Assembly (NCBI RefSeq): GCF_009914755.1
Contig: NC_060939.1
Direction: 5' to 3' (one strand)
DNA: 64,000 nucleotides
Origin: the human T2T-CHM13v2.0 reference genome, Homo sapiens
The position numbers and the translations under genes are program-made. A model generated the notes under the pieces. The model was not told where the DNA came from and did no database searches. It saw only the letters and a list, made by a program, of their open reading frames with translations. Shown here piece by piece: positions 1 to 18,145 of the stretch (positions are counted from its first letter, which is position 1; each line of letters opens with the position of its first letter).

Positions 1-665
1 CAAATAACAGGTGCTGGTGAGACTGCGGAGAAAAGGGAACGCTTAAACACTGGTGGTGGAAATGTAAATTAGTACAAATCTATGGAAAACAATATGGAGA
101 TTTCTCAAAGAACTAGAAATGGAACTGCCATTTGACCCAGCAATCCCACGATAGGGTATGTACCCAAATGAAAAAAAAAATCATTATATCAAAAAGACAC
201 ACCTGCACCTGTATTGTTATCACTGCACTATTCATAGTAGCAAAGATGTGGAATCAACCTAAGTGTCCATCAAAGGATAACTGGATAAAGAAAATGTGGC
301 ATATATACACTGGAATACTATTCAGCCATAAAAAGAATGAAATCATGTCTTTTGCAGTGACATAAATGGAACTGGAGGTTGTTATCTTAAGTGAAACAAC
401 TAAGAAACAGAAAGTCAGATACCACATATTCTCACTTATCAGTGGGAGCTAAATAACATGAACACAAGGATATAGAGTGTAAAATGATAATATTGGAGAC
501 TTAAAAAGGGGGGAGGGCGGAAGGAGGTGAGGGATGAGAAGTTACTTAATGTGCATTATATACATGTGGTAGATACATTAAAAGCCCAGGCTTCACCCCC
601 AGGCAAAATACGCTTGTACCCCTTCAATTTATACAAATTTTTAAACATTTAAAAATTAAAAACAG
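1..665 (+). mobile_element. L1 (L1PB/L1MA-type) ORF2 end and 3'UTR
   Basis: Typical L1 3' motifs (gacccagcaatccca, aacctaagtgtccatca, ctattcagccataaaaaagaatgaaatc). Confidence 0.85.
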
Positions 666-1039
666 CACTAAAGGAAGGAATACATTGTATTATAGATAGA
701 AATAGAAATACATATAGATAAATAAAAATATGATAGAACTACAGGATCATAATTTTAAACCTTCAATAAATAAGCCAGCTTCACATGAACAATCTGCATC
801 AGCAATAACTAGCTCAAAAATCTGGGAAAAGGGGTTTGTCCACGGAAGGTAGGTCCATTCACCATAACACAAAAATTACAAAAGTTAAAGAAGTAAATTT
901 CAAAATTAATGGACAGAATGTCTATGGAGAAAATGGCAGTACTTTCTGAATGACTTAAAAAGGAAAACTGGGCTAATACAAAGACATACCGTGTCTTAAA
1001 CAGAAACACAGTATACCATACTGATGTTGATTCTCCTGA

Positions 1040-1690
1040 CAGAAGAGCAATCCCAACTAAAACTCCAAAGTCGAGGAGAGAACCTGACAATAATTCTAAA
1101 ACTTACATGGAAAAATAAATAGGTGAAAACACACAAGAAAACAATTTCAGAGGTGGGTTTTCACCACTATGTGTTGAAATGTTTATAAATGTTCGGCATA
1201 GTGTGCAAGATAATAGCAGTGGTCTGGGAAAAAATGTTTTAAAAAGAGTACAATAAAGGTCGAATTTTATGTGGTAAAGAAGAGAAAATTCAAAAATGCT
1301 GCTTGGGAAAATTTATTATATGAAGGGGAAAAACAACACCTGTACCCAAACAGAATACATATTTAAAAGTTCAAGATAAATTAAAACATAAAACCATAAG
1401 GCAAACAGAAATAAATGTAGGCAAATATTTGCATATTTCAGGGTTCAAAAGAACTTTTTAAGTTAAAAAGTACTTAAAAGGGAAAAGGTTGATATATTGG
1501 AAGGTATGCAAGTTTTCCACTTTATGTGTCAAAAACACTCTAAACAAAATTGAAAGTAATGATAAAGTGGGAAAAATACTTGACAGATAAAAATAAACAT
1601 ACATTACAGTCATATCAATATATCCTATAAACTTTTTAATTTAAAAAACCTTAATTTTTAGAAAAACTGGCAAAGAAACAGGCAATTTAA
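1040..1690 (+). mobile_element. Degraded old L1M fragments
   Basis: A-rich; L1 ORF2-like motifs (caatcccaa, attctaaaacttacatggaaaa). Confidence 0.5.
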
Positions 1691-1700
1691 AGAAGCAGCA

Positions 1701-2006
1701 GACTGGGCACAAATGGCTCATGCCTACAATCCCAGCGTGCTTGGAAGCTAAGACACGTGGATCCTTTGAGCCCAGGAGTTCAAGACCAGCCTGGGCTACA
1801 TAGCTAGACCCCTACAAAAAAAGTTACCTGGGTGTCATGGCATGAGCCTGTGGTCCCAGCTACTCAGGAAGCTGAGGTGGGAGGATCACTGCAGCCCGGG
1901 AGATCGAGGCTGCAATGAGAGCTGTGTTCTCACCACTGCACTCCAGCCTGGGTGACAGAGTAAGACCCTGTCTCAAAAAAAACAAAAAAAAAAACAAACA
2001 AAAAAA
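1701..2006 (+). mobile_element. Alu (AluJ-like)
   Basis: Dimeric Alu with A-rich tail. Confidence 0.9.
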
Positions 2007-2514
2007 GCATATGGCTAGTGACCTTACAGAAACAACATTGAATAGATAAAAACTGGAAACAAAAAGATGTCATTTTTGCCTGCCTTAAAGGAAAGATCAA
2101 ATTTAAGGGGGTGGCCCAGTGTCAGTGAGAGTTGGGGAGGGGCCTCTCTGGGTGAGCATTTCAACTGTGGCATCCAATTTTGGAAGGGGTTTTGCTTGAA
2201 ATCACTGGAAAAGTGCACAAATTTGTCTACAAGGATCTATGCCCAGGTCAAAACAAATAATGAAGTCAATGGTCACACTCTTTAGAGCAGAAACATTGTA
2301 GTCTTTAGAAATCATATTTTTGCAGAATATTTCATGGCGTAGGAAACATAATACTGTTGGGACAAACATGGGACACAAAACTACAGCTATGCCAAATTGG
2401 TAACAGCTCTGAATGGCAAAGAATCCTGCAAATGATGGCTGTTTTCTTCCACATTACTCTAGGGTCCAAATGATCTACAGGAAATACTGTGTACCTTTTA
2501 GAATTATGAAAATT

Positions 2515-2849
2515 CAGTCAACCCTCCAGTATGGAATCCTGTGGGAAACTGGTTCTAGGAGTCCCCCATACCAAAATTCACAGATGCGGAAGTTTCTGAT
2601 CTAAAATGGCATAGTGTTTGCATATAATCTATACACATCCTCCCACAGACTTTCAATCATCTCTAGATGCTTATAATACCTAATACAATGGAAATGCCAC
2701 GTAAATAGTTATTATATTGTATTGTTTAGAGAATGACGACAAGAAAAAAAGGTCTGTATGTGTTCAGTATAGACCCAGTGATTTTTGTCTTTAATACTTT
2801 TAGATCTGAATCCAGGGATGCAGAACCCATGGATACGGAGGGCTGGCTG
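2515..2849. mobile_element. MER2-like TcMar-Tigger DNA transposon
   Basis: Terminal inverted repeats cagtcaaccctcc(a)gtat / atacggagggctggctg; internal MER2-like sequence. Confidence 0.75.
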
Positions 2850-4447
2850 TGTGTGTTATTTACAAATATATGTTGTAGGATGCCAAGTTGTTCGGTAGTA
2901 CTTCTGAAAACACAAATAATGGTAAATAATAACCTATGTTTTTTCAGCATTTCATTAACATTCTAGACTGGATATGTAACTTTGGGACAGGTGTGAATTT
3001 TATTGATCTGACCTATGCTTTGCCCTCCCATTTCTGCTGGCCTAATGATCAGAGTGGCAGGCAGGCCCCAGGGTCCTGACACACCTTTGCCTATCGCACA
3101 ATAAGGCTACATGAGGCAAGTAATACTCCCAGTTTACAGAGGAGCACAAGGCCTAAGTGTCGCACCCAAATTGACACAATGAGCTTCTAAGCAGAGTGGA
3201 AACAAAACCCTGACCTGTCTCACTCCAAGGACAAACCTAGTCACATACCCTCTGTACCCCTCTCTCTCTCACACACATACAGAACCTGCTGCTTAGAAAA
3301 TAATTATTAGAGAAAATTACCTTAGAGATAACTATTTCCCCTCACCTTTTATACCTTATACAAAGTAGTATATCATCAATTCACCGTTGAATCAATGTTT
3401 AACTGCAGTAAGTCAAAGTTTTAGCCAAATAGAATTGCTAATTTCAACCTAAAATAAAAACAAGCTAGATTCCTATGTAATATTTTTTCTTAGACTTTCC
3501 ATCTAGGATTGTAAATTCTACCTTCACTAAATTGTGAGTCATTTAATCTAAATAACAACTCTTTTTTTTTCAAGGACATGAAAAAAATAAGAACTATTGA
3601 TGCTTCTGCAATGTACAAACTTTCAGAAATTAACTATTCAAAGAAGCAACATTTTTTAAATTAAACTTTTATTGTTTTTGAAAAAAATCTCAAGAGTGAA
3701 ACAGAAACTGGGGTTTGGGCTTGGAAAGCACACAGTGTTTTTAAATTAATGGAGGGTTTAATATTTTAAAGAATCTGGCTTCAATGGTATGGCTAATGGC
3801 ATTAGCAACAGAAAAAAACCTCTTCTGCATCTTGATTACACATTAACAACAGTATCGATGATAGTAATAGTACAGACAATTGTTCAACTCTTATAGATCA
3901 TGAGGAATATTCACACACAACCTCATTTAATTCATACAATGTTTTCAGAAGAGTTATATTACACCCATTTAATAGAGGATAAAATTGAGACCAGAAAAAC
4001 AAAGTGGCCTGCACAAGTTCAAATAACAACTGAAAACTTGAGGACGTCCCCCAGGTGCCCTTCTGTGGGTTCAGTGCCCTTACACAGGCATTCCTCCTGC
4101 TTTTGAGTCAGATACCCACTATGTTGTATTTCAAATGCTAAGATTTAAGTGACTGGACCAAATTGTTTCTAAATAGAAGTCTTCCAAGGAAGTTACGGTA
4201 CAATTTATTCACAGCACCAAAAGCATTACTTGAATTAACTCAACTATTGTTGATCTTTAATTTCTATAAGGCAAGTAAAAAATTTTCATAGCATAACATT
4301 GCCCACAACCAAAATGTTCTCATAAATTCATTCTTGACATTAGAGCTTTTAAAATAACCATGTAGTAATAAGCAAACTTAAAGTTAACACATTTCCCAAT
4401 TCATTACTATATTTAAAATAAAATAGCTACTTACTTTCCTATGCACG

Positions 4448-4647
4448 AGGGGTTGGCAAACTATTTCTGTAAGGAGCCAGAGAGTAAACATATTAGGCTC
4501 TGCAGGTCATGTGCGTTCTTTTGCACCTATGCACCTCTGCAACTACAGCACAGATGCAGCCACGGGCAGTGCATTAGCAGAACAGCATGCCTGCATGCCA
4601 GTTAAGACTGGATTTACAAAAATGGGGGCTGTAGTTTACCAACCCCC
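4448..4647. mobile_element. MER58A-like hAT-Charlie element
   Basis: TIRs ggggttggcaaacta / tagtttaccaacccc. Confidence 0.75.
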
Positions 4648-4780
4648 ACCACTTACTAAAAATTTGCTACAAGGCAAACTTACTTGTATATGAATATAAC
4701 ATTTATAGATTACACTTCCTACTATTAAAGAGAAAAAAAAATATTTCACTAAACATAGTAATTGAAAAAAACATTTCTCA

Positions 4781-5088
4781 GCCTGGCAAGGTGGCTCATG
4801 CCTGTAATCCCACCACTTTCAGAGGCCATGGCAGGAGGATTACTTGAGCCCAGGAGTTCCAGACTAGACTGGACAACACAGTGAGACCTCTATTAAAAAA
4901 ATACAAAGAAATGCTGGGTGTGATGGTGTACACTTGTGGTCCCAGCTTCTAGGGATGTGGAAGCAGAAGGGTTGCTTGAGCCCAGGTGGTTGAGGCTACA
5001 GAGAGCCATGATCACACCACTGCACTCCAGCCTGGACAAGGGAGCAAGACCCTGTCTCAAAAAAAAAAAAAATAGAAAAAAGAAAAAA
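4781..5088 (+). mobile_element. Alu (AluJ-like) with TSD
   Basis: Target-site duplication aaaaaacatttctca on both sides. Confidence 0.92.
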
Positions 5089-5459
5089 CATTTCTCAACT
5101 CATTCCTCTTCCTTACATTTTTAACATTCTCACTTTTTTTGTGGTTTTTTTTTTTGCATTTTAACGAAACACATTTAATATCCTATGTCAGTGAAGTCAG
5201 TGAAGATGGTGGAGTGAAGGACCTCCAAAAATTATCTCCTTCATAAAAGCAGTGAGAAAGAACAATGGCAAAATACCGTCAAAATCAACTTTTTTCAGGT
5301 CTCTGAAAATTAATCAAATATTAGCAACAATCCAAAAACATTTATTCAAGAAAAATGGCTGAAACTCAGTAAGAACAGTGAGCTTTGTAGCGTTTTATGT
5401 TTCCGTATTTCCTACTCTCCTCACTGCAGCTCCAAGGTAGCCTTTAAAACCAGCCACTA

Positions 5460-5625
5460 GGCCAGGTGCTGTGGTTCATGCCTGTAATCCCAGTGCTTTG
5501 GAAGGCTAAGGCAGGAGGTTCGCTTAAGCCCAGGAGTCTGAGGTTGCAGTGAGCACCACTGCACTCCAGCCCAGGTGATAGAACGACACCTTCACTCTGG
5601 GAAAAACAAAACAAAACAAAACAAG
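5460..5625 (+). mobile_element. Alu monomer (FAM/FRAM-like)
   Basis: Single arm with (AAAAC)n tail. Confidence 0.8.
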
Positions 5626-6858
5626 AAACCAGCTACCGAAGGGCAAAATACGAGGTTGGAGCTCCTTCAAAGTCCATACCAGAGAACTATCATTAGTTGA
5701 CCAGGCTGCTTTTCCCTGGAAAATCCCATTCACAAGTCTGTGTTTATTTAACCTGACTTGGAACTCACCCATTAGGAAAAGCGTTTTCACTTGACATTTG
5801 TCAAATTAGAGGCAGTTGTTTAGAACATCTGAGATGGTGGCTATGAGGTGGGGCAAACAACAAGCAGATCAAAATCTTAAAAAGAAAGCCTGAGGAATGA
5901 GATATTAACAGAGGGCTTTGAAACTCCAGCATATTCCTGGGAATCTCTAAGACCACACCCATGTGTAGGAATATAAACATGCTCAGAGCTATGCATACAC
6001 TCAGAAGGGACATGAGAGGGCCATGAGCCCTCAGCTTTGGCAGACATGAGGTTCTGCACAAGCAGGAATGAAGGCTAAGACAGAGAGGTAACCACCTGGC
6101 TCAGAGTTGAAGGTGTGCCCAAAACATGCACACATAACATCAGCAAAGATTAGGAGACTCTGTCCATCATTATTTGACCACTAAGATAATCAAGCACAGT
6201 CTTCAGTGGCTACCACAGGACAAAGAATACAGACCTTACAGAACTGGTTCATAAAAGTCAATAAATAAACAACAATAGCAACAAACAGCAACAACAAACC
6301 CTGGGGAGAAAAAAAGAATTCAATTTCCAAAGTTTCCACATTGTTTTATTTTAAATGCCATTTTCAACAACAAAAAAATTATGAGACATGCCAACAAATA
6401 AGAAAAGAAAGTCCATGCACACAGGAAAAATTGTCCCCAAGCAAGCTCAGATGTTGGAGTTACTAGAAAAAATAAATATTTCCAAAAAATTAAAGAAAAC
6501 CATGTCTACAGAAAAGTATGATAATAATGTCTCATGAAATAGAGAATATCAATAAAGAGATATTGCAAAAAAGAACCAAGTACAAATTCTGGAGTTGAAA
6601 AGTACAATAAATGAAATAAAAATCTGAAGATCTCAACAGCAGATTTCTGAGCAAACAGAAAAAACAATCAGCAAACTTGAGAATAGGTCAATTGAGATTG
6701 CTCAGTATGATAAACAGACAGAAAAAAAATGAAGAAATAGCAACAGTCTCAGAGTCCCGTAGGACATCATCAAGCAAACAGATGTGTGAATAATGGGAGT
6801 CCCAGAAAGAAAAAAGAGAGACAAAAAGAAGAAAGTACAGTTGAAAAAATAATGACTG

Positions 6859-7386
<528 letters not shown>

Positions 7387-10059
7387 GTAATAATAATAAT
7401 GATGATAATGATAATGGCTGAAAACTTCCCAAACTTGATGAAAATCATCTATCTGCACATGTAAGAAGCTAAATAAACAATTCCTAGTTAGATAAACTCA
7501 AAAGAGATCTAAACTTATACACATCATAATCAAACTGTCAAAAGCCCAAAGCCCTACATTCGGTAATGAACAGAAAGAATCTGGAAGAAACAAAGAAAAA
7601 AGTGATGCAAGTCATACAAGGGATCTTCAGTAAGTTTAACAGCTGACTTCTGATCAGAAATCATGAAGGACGTGAAGGACAAAAGGGAGTCAGGTGACAT
7701 CTTCAAAGTGCTGAAATAAAGACTGCCAGTCGCTAATTCTATATTCAGCAAAAACTACACAAAATACATAGGTGAAATTGGACATTCCCAGATAAACAAA
7801 AACAGAGAAGTCACCACTAGCAGACCCCTCTCCTACAAGAAACAATAAACAGAGTCCTTCAGGCTGAAATGAAAGCACACTAGACTGTAACTTGAATAGA
7901 TCAGAAGAAATAAAGAGCACCAGTAAAAGTATCTACTAAGTAAATATAAAATGCAAAGGTAGTTTTTCTTTGTAACTCTTTTTTCCCCTTGATTTAAAAG
8001 ACATAAAGCAACATTTACAAATCTATGTTGATGGGCATACAAGGTATACAAGATGTAATTGACAGGACTTGACAACACCAGCCCAGTGGAGGGAGGATGG
8101 TGGGGCTACATATGAACAAAGTTTTCATGGCACTGTAATTAAGGTGGTATTAATCTGACCTACATTGCTGGAAATTTAGACGCTAATTAAAACCCACAAG
8201 GTGATTACTAAGAAAATAACCCCCAAAGTGATAAAATAAATGACAAGGAGATAAAAATGGCACACAAGCAAATATCTATTTGACAAAAAAGGCGGCAGTA
8301 ATGGAGGAACAGACAAATAAAAATACCTAAGACATAAAGACTGCAAATAGCAATATGGCAGACTTAAATCCTACCAACTCAGTAAGTACATTAAATGTAA
8401 ATGGTCAAGTTCTCCAATTAAGAGGCAGAACTGACAGAATAGATTTTTTAAAAAGCACAATCCATCTATATGTGATCTGTAAGAGACACACTTTAGATTA
8501 AAAAATACAAATAGGTTGAAAGTAAAAGGATGAAAAAAGTTACACTGTGCAAAAAGTAACCAAAAGAGCTGGATTGGCTATGTTAGTATTAGAACAAAAA
8601 ATAGACTTTAAAACAAAAAAATGATAGTACAAATCAAGAAAGACATTTTATAATGAAAAAAAGGTCAATCCATCAGAAGGCCATAACAATTATAAGCAAA
8701 AATAAAGCTAACTGTAAGTTCCCAAAACAAATGAAGCAGAAAATGACAGAACTGAAGGATGAAATAGACAATTTAACAATAACAGAGAATCCAGTGCCCC
8801 ACTTTCAACAATAAATAGAACTAGCAGAAATTAACAAGGAAATAGAAGACTTGAAAAATATTATAAATGAACTAGACCTGACAGACAACTGTAGAATACT
8901 CTGCCCAGCAACAGTAGAATAAACTTTCTTCTTAAGTGCACGTGGCGTGTCCTGTATTACAGACCATAAGCTAAGCCATAGAACAAAACTCAGTAAGTTT
9001 AAAGGATCGATACCATATTAAGTAGGCTTTTGGAATGAACTTAGAAATGAAATCAATAACTGAAGCAAATTTGAGAAAGACATACATACGTGGACATTAA
9101 ACAATCCACTCTTAAATAACCAATGGATCACAGGGGAAATCACAGGGAAATTAGGAAATACTTTGAGATGAACGCAAACAAAAATCCAACACACCAAAAC
9201 ATACGGGATGCAGCTAAAGCAGGGCTTAGAGGGAAATTTAACATCCCGTATTTGATATCATTTGTATTGCTTTATCCAGTCATAAGCATTTCCATGTAAC
9301 CAGAAAGTATCTTAAAATATAATTTAATAAATACACAGTATTCCAGTAAGTGAACCATGATATCTAATTATTATATGGATTTGGCAGCACTCATGCTGTG
9401 TTTTACATGTGCTGTTGTAAAAACTGACTATCCTCGGGCACTGTGATCTTTGACTGCATCAAAGATTATCTTCCCAGGATAGATTTATAGAAATGGAATT
9501 GTTCACTCAAAAAGGTAGGCATTTCTATGGCTGGTGATTCCTGGCAACCTTATTAATAAAGCTTTGCTCCACATCATGCATAACGCTGGAACATGTGCGA
9601 GAAAGGAGGGGGTAACAGACACACAACTCCAGTCTGTTTGCAAGAACCAACATGGAGTAAGGAGGCGGAAAGTCGATGCAAATTTTATTTCCTTCTTTCC
9701 CATTTTTCTGGTAATAACACAAGTGTATTAAAATAATGTGGTGAAAAGTGCCTCTTTACAGACAAATTTTCATAAAGCCTGGTCACATCTGTCTGGGAGA
9801 AAGGGGGAAGGTTCGTTCAAACCTCTCCATGGCTGGCTGGTGATGTCACCTGTGATGATGTCACCTCACAGCACCCAGATCAGTGACTTTCAGAGCTTTG
9901 CATCCATTTCCCCTGAACTTAGGCTAAGGAGGCAAGATCAGTTCCATTTTAAGGATGAATTAAAATGGGATACCCAGGAAAAATGTCTTAAATATGTGAA
10001 TAAATGAGTATTGAGTGTTGATGTTATTTGTTCTTTCAAAAAAATTTTTTTTTCTTGAG

Positions 10060-10700
10060 CAGGAACCAAGCATGCCGCCACACAGAAAACAAAGCTCTTG
10101 CTCCCAAGAGTTAACATTCTAATGCGGAGGAGGGTGGGTAGAGAAACATCTAAATGCCCAAATCCATACGTGGGTCAGACTGTAGTAAGATAAACAGAGT
10201 AGGGACAGAGATGAGGCATTTAGGGAGGATCTCCCTGGGAGTGTGACACTGGGAAAGGTGCCTGAACTAGGCAGGAGCCAGGAGAGAGCTGGGGGAAGGG
10301 GCAGCAGCCCAGGGCTCTAAGGCACGGCTCGCTCTGGAGTCCCAAGAGGCCAAGGCGTAGTGGGATGGGAGGCAGAGAGTGAGGGTACGGGGGAGGGACA
10401 CAGTGGGCCACCAGGTACAGGACCCTGTGGGTCAAGCAAAGACTTTGGATCTCACTCCCAGGGAAGGGAAGACAGTGAGGCTTCCAAGAAGAGGAGGGCC
10501 CCAGTCTGCTTTCTATTGTAAGGAATCACTTTGGCCATTGGGTGGAGGATGCTCAGGTGTGTGCTAGGGGCCGGGGTGGAGGCAGGAGGTGGTTAGGGTA
10601 AGCTAGGAGGCCTCGGTCACCATCTGGAGGGAGATGGAGGTGGTTCAGGCGGGGAGAAGTGCGGTGGGCATCCAGGTCCAAGGCCTCAGCCAGCAGGAGC
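10060..10700. mobile_element. L2 fragment
   Basis: Purine-rich L2-like motifs (gactttggatct, aggaatcactttggc). Confidence 0.5.
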
Positions 10701-12473
10701 TGTGAATGGAGCCACGGAGAGGAGGAGGCCTGGTGATGTGCCGCTGCCAGCACAGGCACCTGGGGGTAAATGCAGGAGAGGGGGTGCAGCCATGCAGCGC
10801 TGGCCTTCCTGGGTCATCCCCACCTTCCCCTCATTCAGAATGGCCTCAGAGGCCAGGCTCCACTCTCCTAAGGGGTGCTCTGCAGAGCCACCTTGGGAAG
10901 TCACTGAAAGGGGTGGAAGTGTCCCTCTATTGTGCCCTGAAACTGGCGGCCAGCCTGTCCAAAACCACACAGTTCTGCTAGAGGGAGTGGCAAAGGTTAA
11001 AATTCCCACCACACTGCCCCTTTGCAACAGCATTTCTCAAGTGAGAAACTGACTTGGGCTTCTTTACACCTTCCTTCCTTTCCAAAGAAAACCACGCCAC
11101 AAGTTCAAGAATTTGGAGATTCCTGAACAGGCTCTCAGGAGGAGACCCAGACCCTTTCTCTCCGGGGGGGTCCTGTGTCCCTGCACTGGCCACATGATCT
11201 CTTAACAGCCCAGTTCGCCACAGCCCCCTTCCGTCTTCCCTCACTGTGGCTCTGGGATCTTCAGTCCCAAACTCAGAGGTGACAACTTATTTCTGTCCCC
11301 CTGCATTGTCCCATGAGGTCATGACATTTTAAGATGGTCTATATTAAACCTGTTTCAAAAGAAACAAGTGGCTTTAGTAAACGTGCCACCTGATGAGGCT
11401 TTCAGCACTTACCTGCTCCTGGGAATCACTGTTTCAAACCTAAGGACTTCATTTCCTCAGACTTTGAAAGGAAGCCAGGAAAATGATTCACTGAACTATG
11501 TTCTCAGAGTGGGACGGCAATACTTCCCAGGCTTCAGAGCTTTGGCTGTGCCGGGCCTCCCTTCATCTGGCTGCTTCGCTACATGATTCAAAGCCAAAAT
11601 TATATTTGGGGCAAATGATGAGTCTGCAATGAAATGCAAACAAAAGTCCCAGCCACTCACCCCACCTTCCCCACCATGCCCTGCCCGCTCCTCAGCAGAC
11701 AGGCTGGACCCCGTGCATACCCAGCACCCTCCACAGTGTCTGGATGTCTAGGACCGCTGCCCATACCCTCTCCCACCTCATTCCAAAGCTGTGTGTGGCT
11801 CGGGGGCCTCGGGGGCTCCACCCCGTATGAGATTCTCTCCCCGCTGCAATTACACATTGTTGGGCAAGTCCTGGAACTGTAATGGGCTCTGTGTGTTTGT
11901 GCTACCTCAGAAAAATGCTGGACTCACCCATGTGGACAGTTAATCTCCTTGACAACATTTTCCTGGAGAATGCTGCGAGCAGGGAATTCCTAATAGGGGA
12001 TGGAACTGCATTTAGTCATTCTCTAAAAATACATGTTCAGTGTGTCGAGATGTGAAAATGGCTTTTTGTGGAGTGTAAATGACTGCCACTGACTTAGCAA
12101 TATCCTCATAATTCTTGGCAATCAATGACAGTCTTCACAGATTCAGCTAAATACCATATGGATCGATATTTTGTGTTTCCTGAGTTTCTATCTGTCCACA
12201 AACTCTGAGCTCACACGATGTGCAAAGCATGGTACCAAGGGGAACCTGCACCTATAGAGGCTCCTATGGGCAACACCTCACTGCCTGACCCAGGTGAGGG
12301 GATCTAGAAGATAGCATTGTCATATATTTCCAAAGAGCCACACAACCTTCTGAACCTCCTGCTGTTAATAACTCATTATTCATGAGCAAAATGGAATGCT
12401 TAAAATAAACAAGCAAACAAAAACCCTCCAGTGCCAGTAGGACAGTGCCAGTACGTGACTTTGGCGATTACAC

Positions 12474-12920
12474 TGTGTTGAATGAATAGTGTCCCCCAAA
12501 ATTCATGTCCATCTGGAACCTCTGAATGTCACTTTATTTGGAAATACGATCCTTGCAGATATAGTTAGTTAAGATAAGGTTATACTGGAGTATGGCGGGC
12601 CCTAACCCAATGACTGGTATCCTTATAAGCAGAGAAAACAGAGACACAGAGACTCATGACAGAGAAGACAGCCATGTGAAGACAGAGACAGAAATCAGAT
12701 CAACGTGGCTGCAAGACAGGGGACGTAAGGACTGGCGGCCACCACAGACGCAGGAAGAGGCAAAGAAGGATTTTTCTCTAGAGCTTTCCACAGGAGCACG
12801 GCCCTGCCCACACGCTGGTCTCAGCCTTGAAGCCTCAGAACTGTAAGAGAATACACTTCTGTTGGTTTAAGCCACCTGGTGTATGGTAATCTGTTATAGA
12901 AGCCTCAGGAAACTCATTCA
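12474..12920 (+). mobile_element. MaLR LTR (MLT1C-like)
   Basis: gtgtcccccaaaattcatgtcc...ttatttggaaata...gccatgtgaagacagag...aggaaactcattca. Confidence 0.85.
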
Positions 12921-13259
12921 GCAATGGGTGGAAAATCTGAGTGCTACTCTCCTAGCAGACACAAGGCCTCATTTCAGCAAAGGCAGCTGCCTGTGAGTGT
13001 GCCGGGCAAGGCAAAGTCATCACAAAGATCTGTCATGTTCTGGACCATTGTCGCAGTCTAAAATTGGCATCTTTATATTTAAGGTTGTCAATGACCAGAT
13101 TCCATTTTTTGTCTTATGCTTACAGGTCCTATGTAAATTCGTTTCCTTTTTTTTTTTTCAAACACATTTCCTTTTTTGAATACACTCTGCTTTCGTGCGC
13201 TATATGTGAAGCAGAAAAATAAAACAAAAACAGGCAACATCTAGCCTTCTGCCCAAAGA

Positions 13260-13885
<626 letters not shown>

Positions 13886-14279
13886 TAATTGAAAGAATAA
13901 AAAGCATGAATGCCTGCTGGCCATTCTCCCCAAAAGACCTCACTGAAAAGCAACACTGAGGTCTCTAAACAGCCAGAGAAGTCCAGCCCCGCAGAGCCGA
14001 AGATGACTGGTCTGAGGCCTGCTCACCATGAATTTCTTGTGATAACCCTCACTTTTATTTATTTAAAGAGCAGTTTGACAGTAGAGTACCCCTACCACAC
14101 TTCTCTTCACTCTGGAGTGAAAAATTATTACAAAATGGATCACAGTGGAATGGCTAAATCAAGCTAATTAACATGCGCCGGGCAGTATTCCATTTTTTCT
14201 TCCTCTCAGTTCCTATGTTACTCCTGCATACTTCATGGACTTAATTTTTTTGTGCTAAGAACACTTAAAATCTACTCTC

Positions 14280-14620
<341 letters not shown>

Positions 14621-14764
14621 TTATTATTATGCTATTATATGCTATTAACTACTAACTATGTGTGTTATTAACTATTCATTACTCCACAATGTATATATAT
14701 TTCAAAACATCATGTTTTACACCATAAATATACACAATTTTTTGTCAATTAAAAATAATAATTT

Positions 14765-16826
<2,062 letters not shown>

Positions 16827-17528
16827 GAGTATTCTACTTTTTCTTCCTCTTAGTTGCTATGCTATTCCTGCTCCTCTTTTCCCAGCTATATAACTTCAAC
16901 TCTCTCTTTCTAACCTTTCCTCTTTGCTAATTCTCTTCTCTTTCCAACTTCCTTTCCGCGGGTTGTCTGAACCAACCATCCTACAGGTCCAGCTTGGCAA
17001 GAGAAACACACCCAACAACAGAGTGGCAACACTGGCTGCAAAATGAGAAGCATTTAAGGCTCACGGTGCAGGCTGAACACCAAAGCCAGGCAATCACGCA
17101 CGTCGATTTCATCAAACTCCTGTCTACCCAAGTGAACATCAAGGCTGGACAGGCCCAGCACCTTCTGAAGGGTGTCTTCCAGGCAGCGCGGCCAGAGCTG
17201 AGCAGCCTCCCTGTTCCCTCAGGCAGCTTTGTCCCTACCTCTAGCAAACACACACACAGTGCCAACCATGTGCCAGGAGCCATCCTGAATCCTTTGCAGC
17301 TATTGGCTCATGGGCACCAGTGCCCATAGCAACCCTAGGAAGTGGGCACTATCGTTACTGTCGGTTCACAGTAGGAGATGAGGGCTGAAGTCACTTGCAA
17401 AAGTCTCCGATCCAGCAAGACCGTCTATGCATGTGCTGTCCCTCTCCCTGGCCTGCAAGTCTCTCGAAGGCAAGACCCAGTATTTACCTTCAGGTCCACA
17501 CACCACCTGCCATGGGGCTCTCTTTTCT

Positions 17529-18145
17529 TAAAAAAAATTATTATATACATATAAGGTACAAAACATTATATTTTGATATACATATAACGTAGTGAAATAC
17601 ATAGAGAAATGATCACCACAGTCAAGCAAATTCACATATCCATCATTTCACACAGTTACCTCATTTTTTTTCGGTGAAAACACCCAAAATCTACTCTTTT
17701 AGCCAATTTCCGGTATATAATACAAGAGTAACTACCATATTAGCTTCAGTCCTCATGCTGTGCATTAGACCTTGAGGCTTATTTTTCCTACCTGCCCCTC
17801 AACAGGGTTCACAACAGCATTATTCAAAAGAACCAGGATACAGAAGCAACCTAAGTGTCCAATGAGGAATGAATGGATAAAGAAAATTGTATATACACAC
17901 AATTCAATACTATGCAGCCTTTTAAAAGAAGGAAATCCTGCCATTTGCAACGATGTGGATGAACCTGAGGGACCTGAAGTGAAATAAGCCAGACACAGAG
18001 ATGCTGTGTGATCTCACGCTAACAAACAATCTCAAACACACGGACAGAGTAGAAAGGAGGCTCCCGGCGCAGGGAGTGGGAGAAATGCGGAGACGGTAGT
18101 CACAGGGCAGGAAGTTTCAAGGCTGCAGGACGCATAAACCTAGGG
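17529..18145. mobile_element. L1MA/MB 3' end with 5' inversion
   Basis: A minus-strand 3' terminus (17529-17792) abuts the plus-strand upstream segment (17800-18145). Confidence 0.7.
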
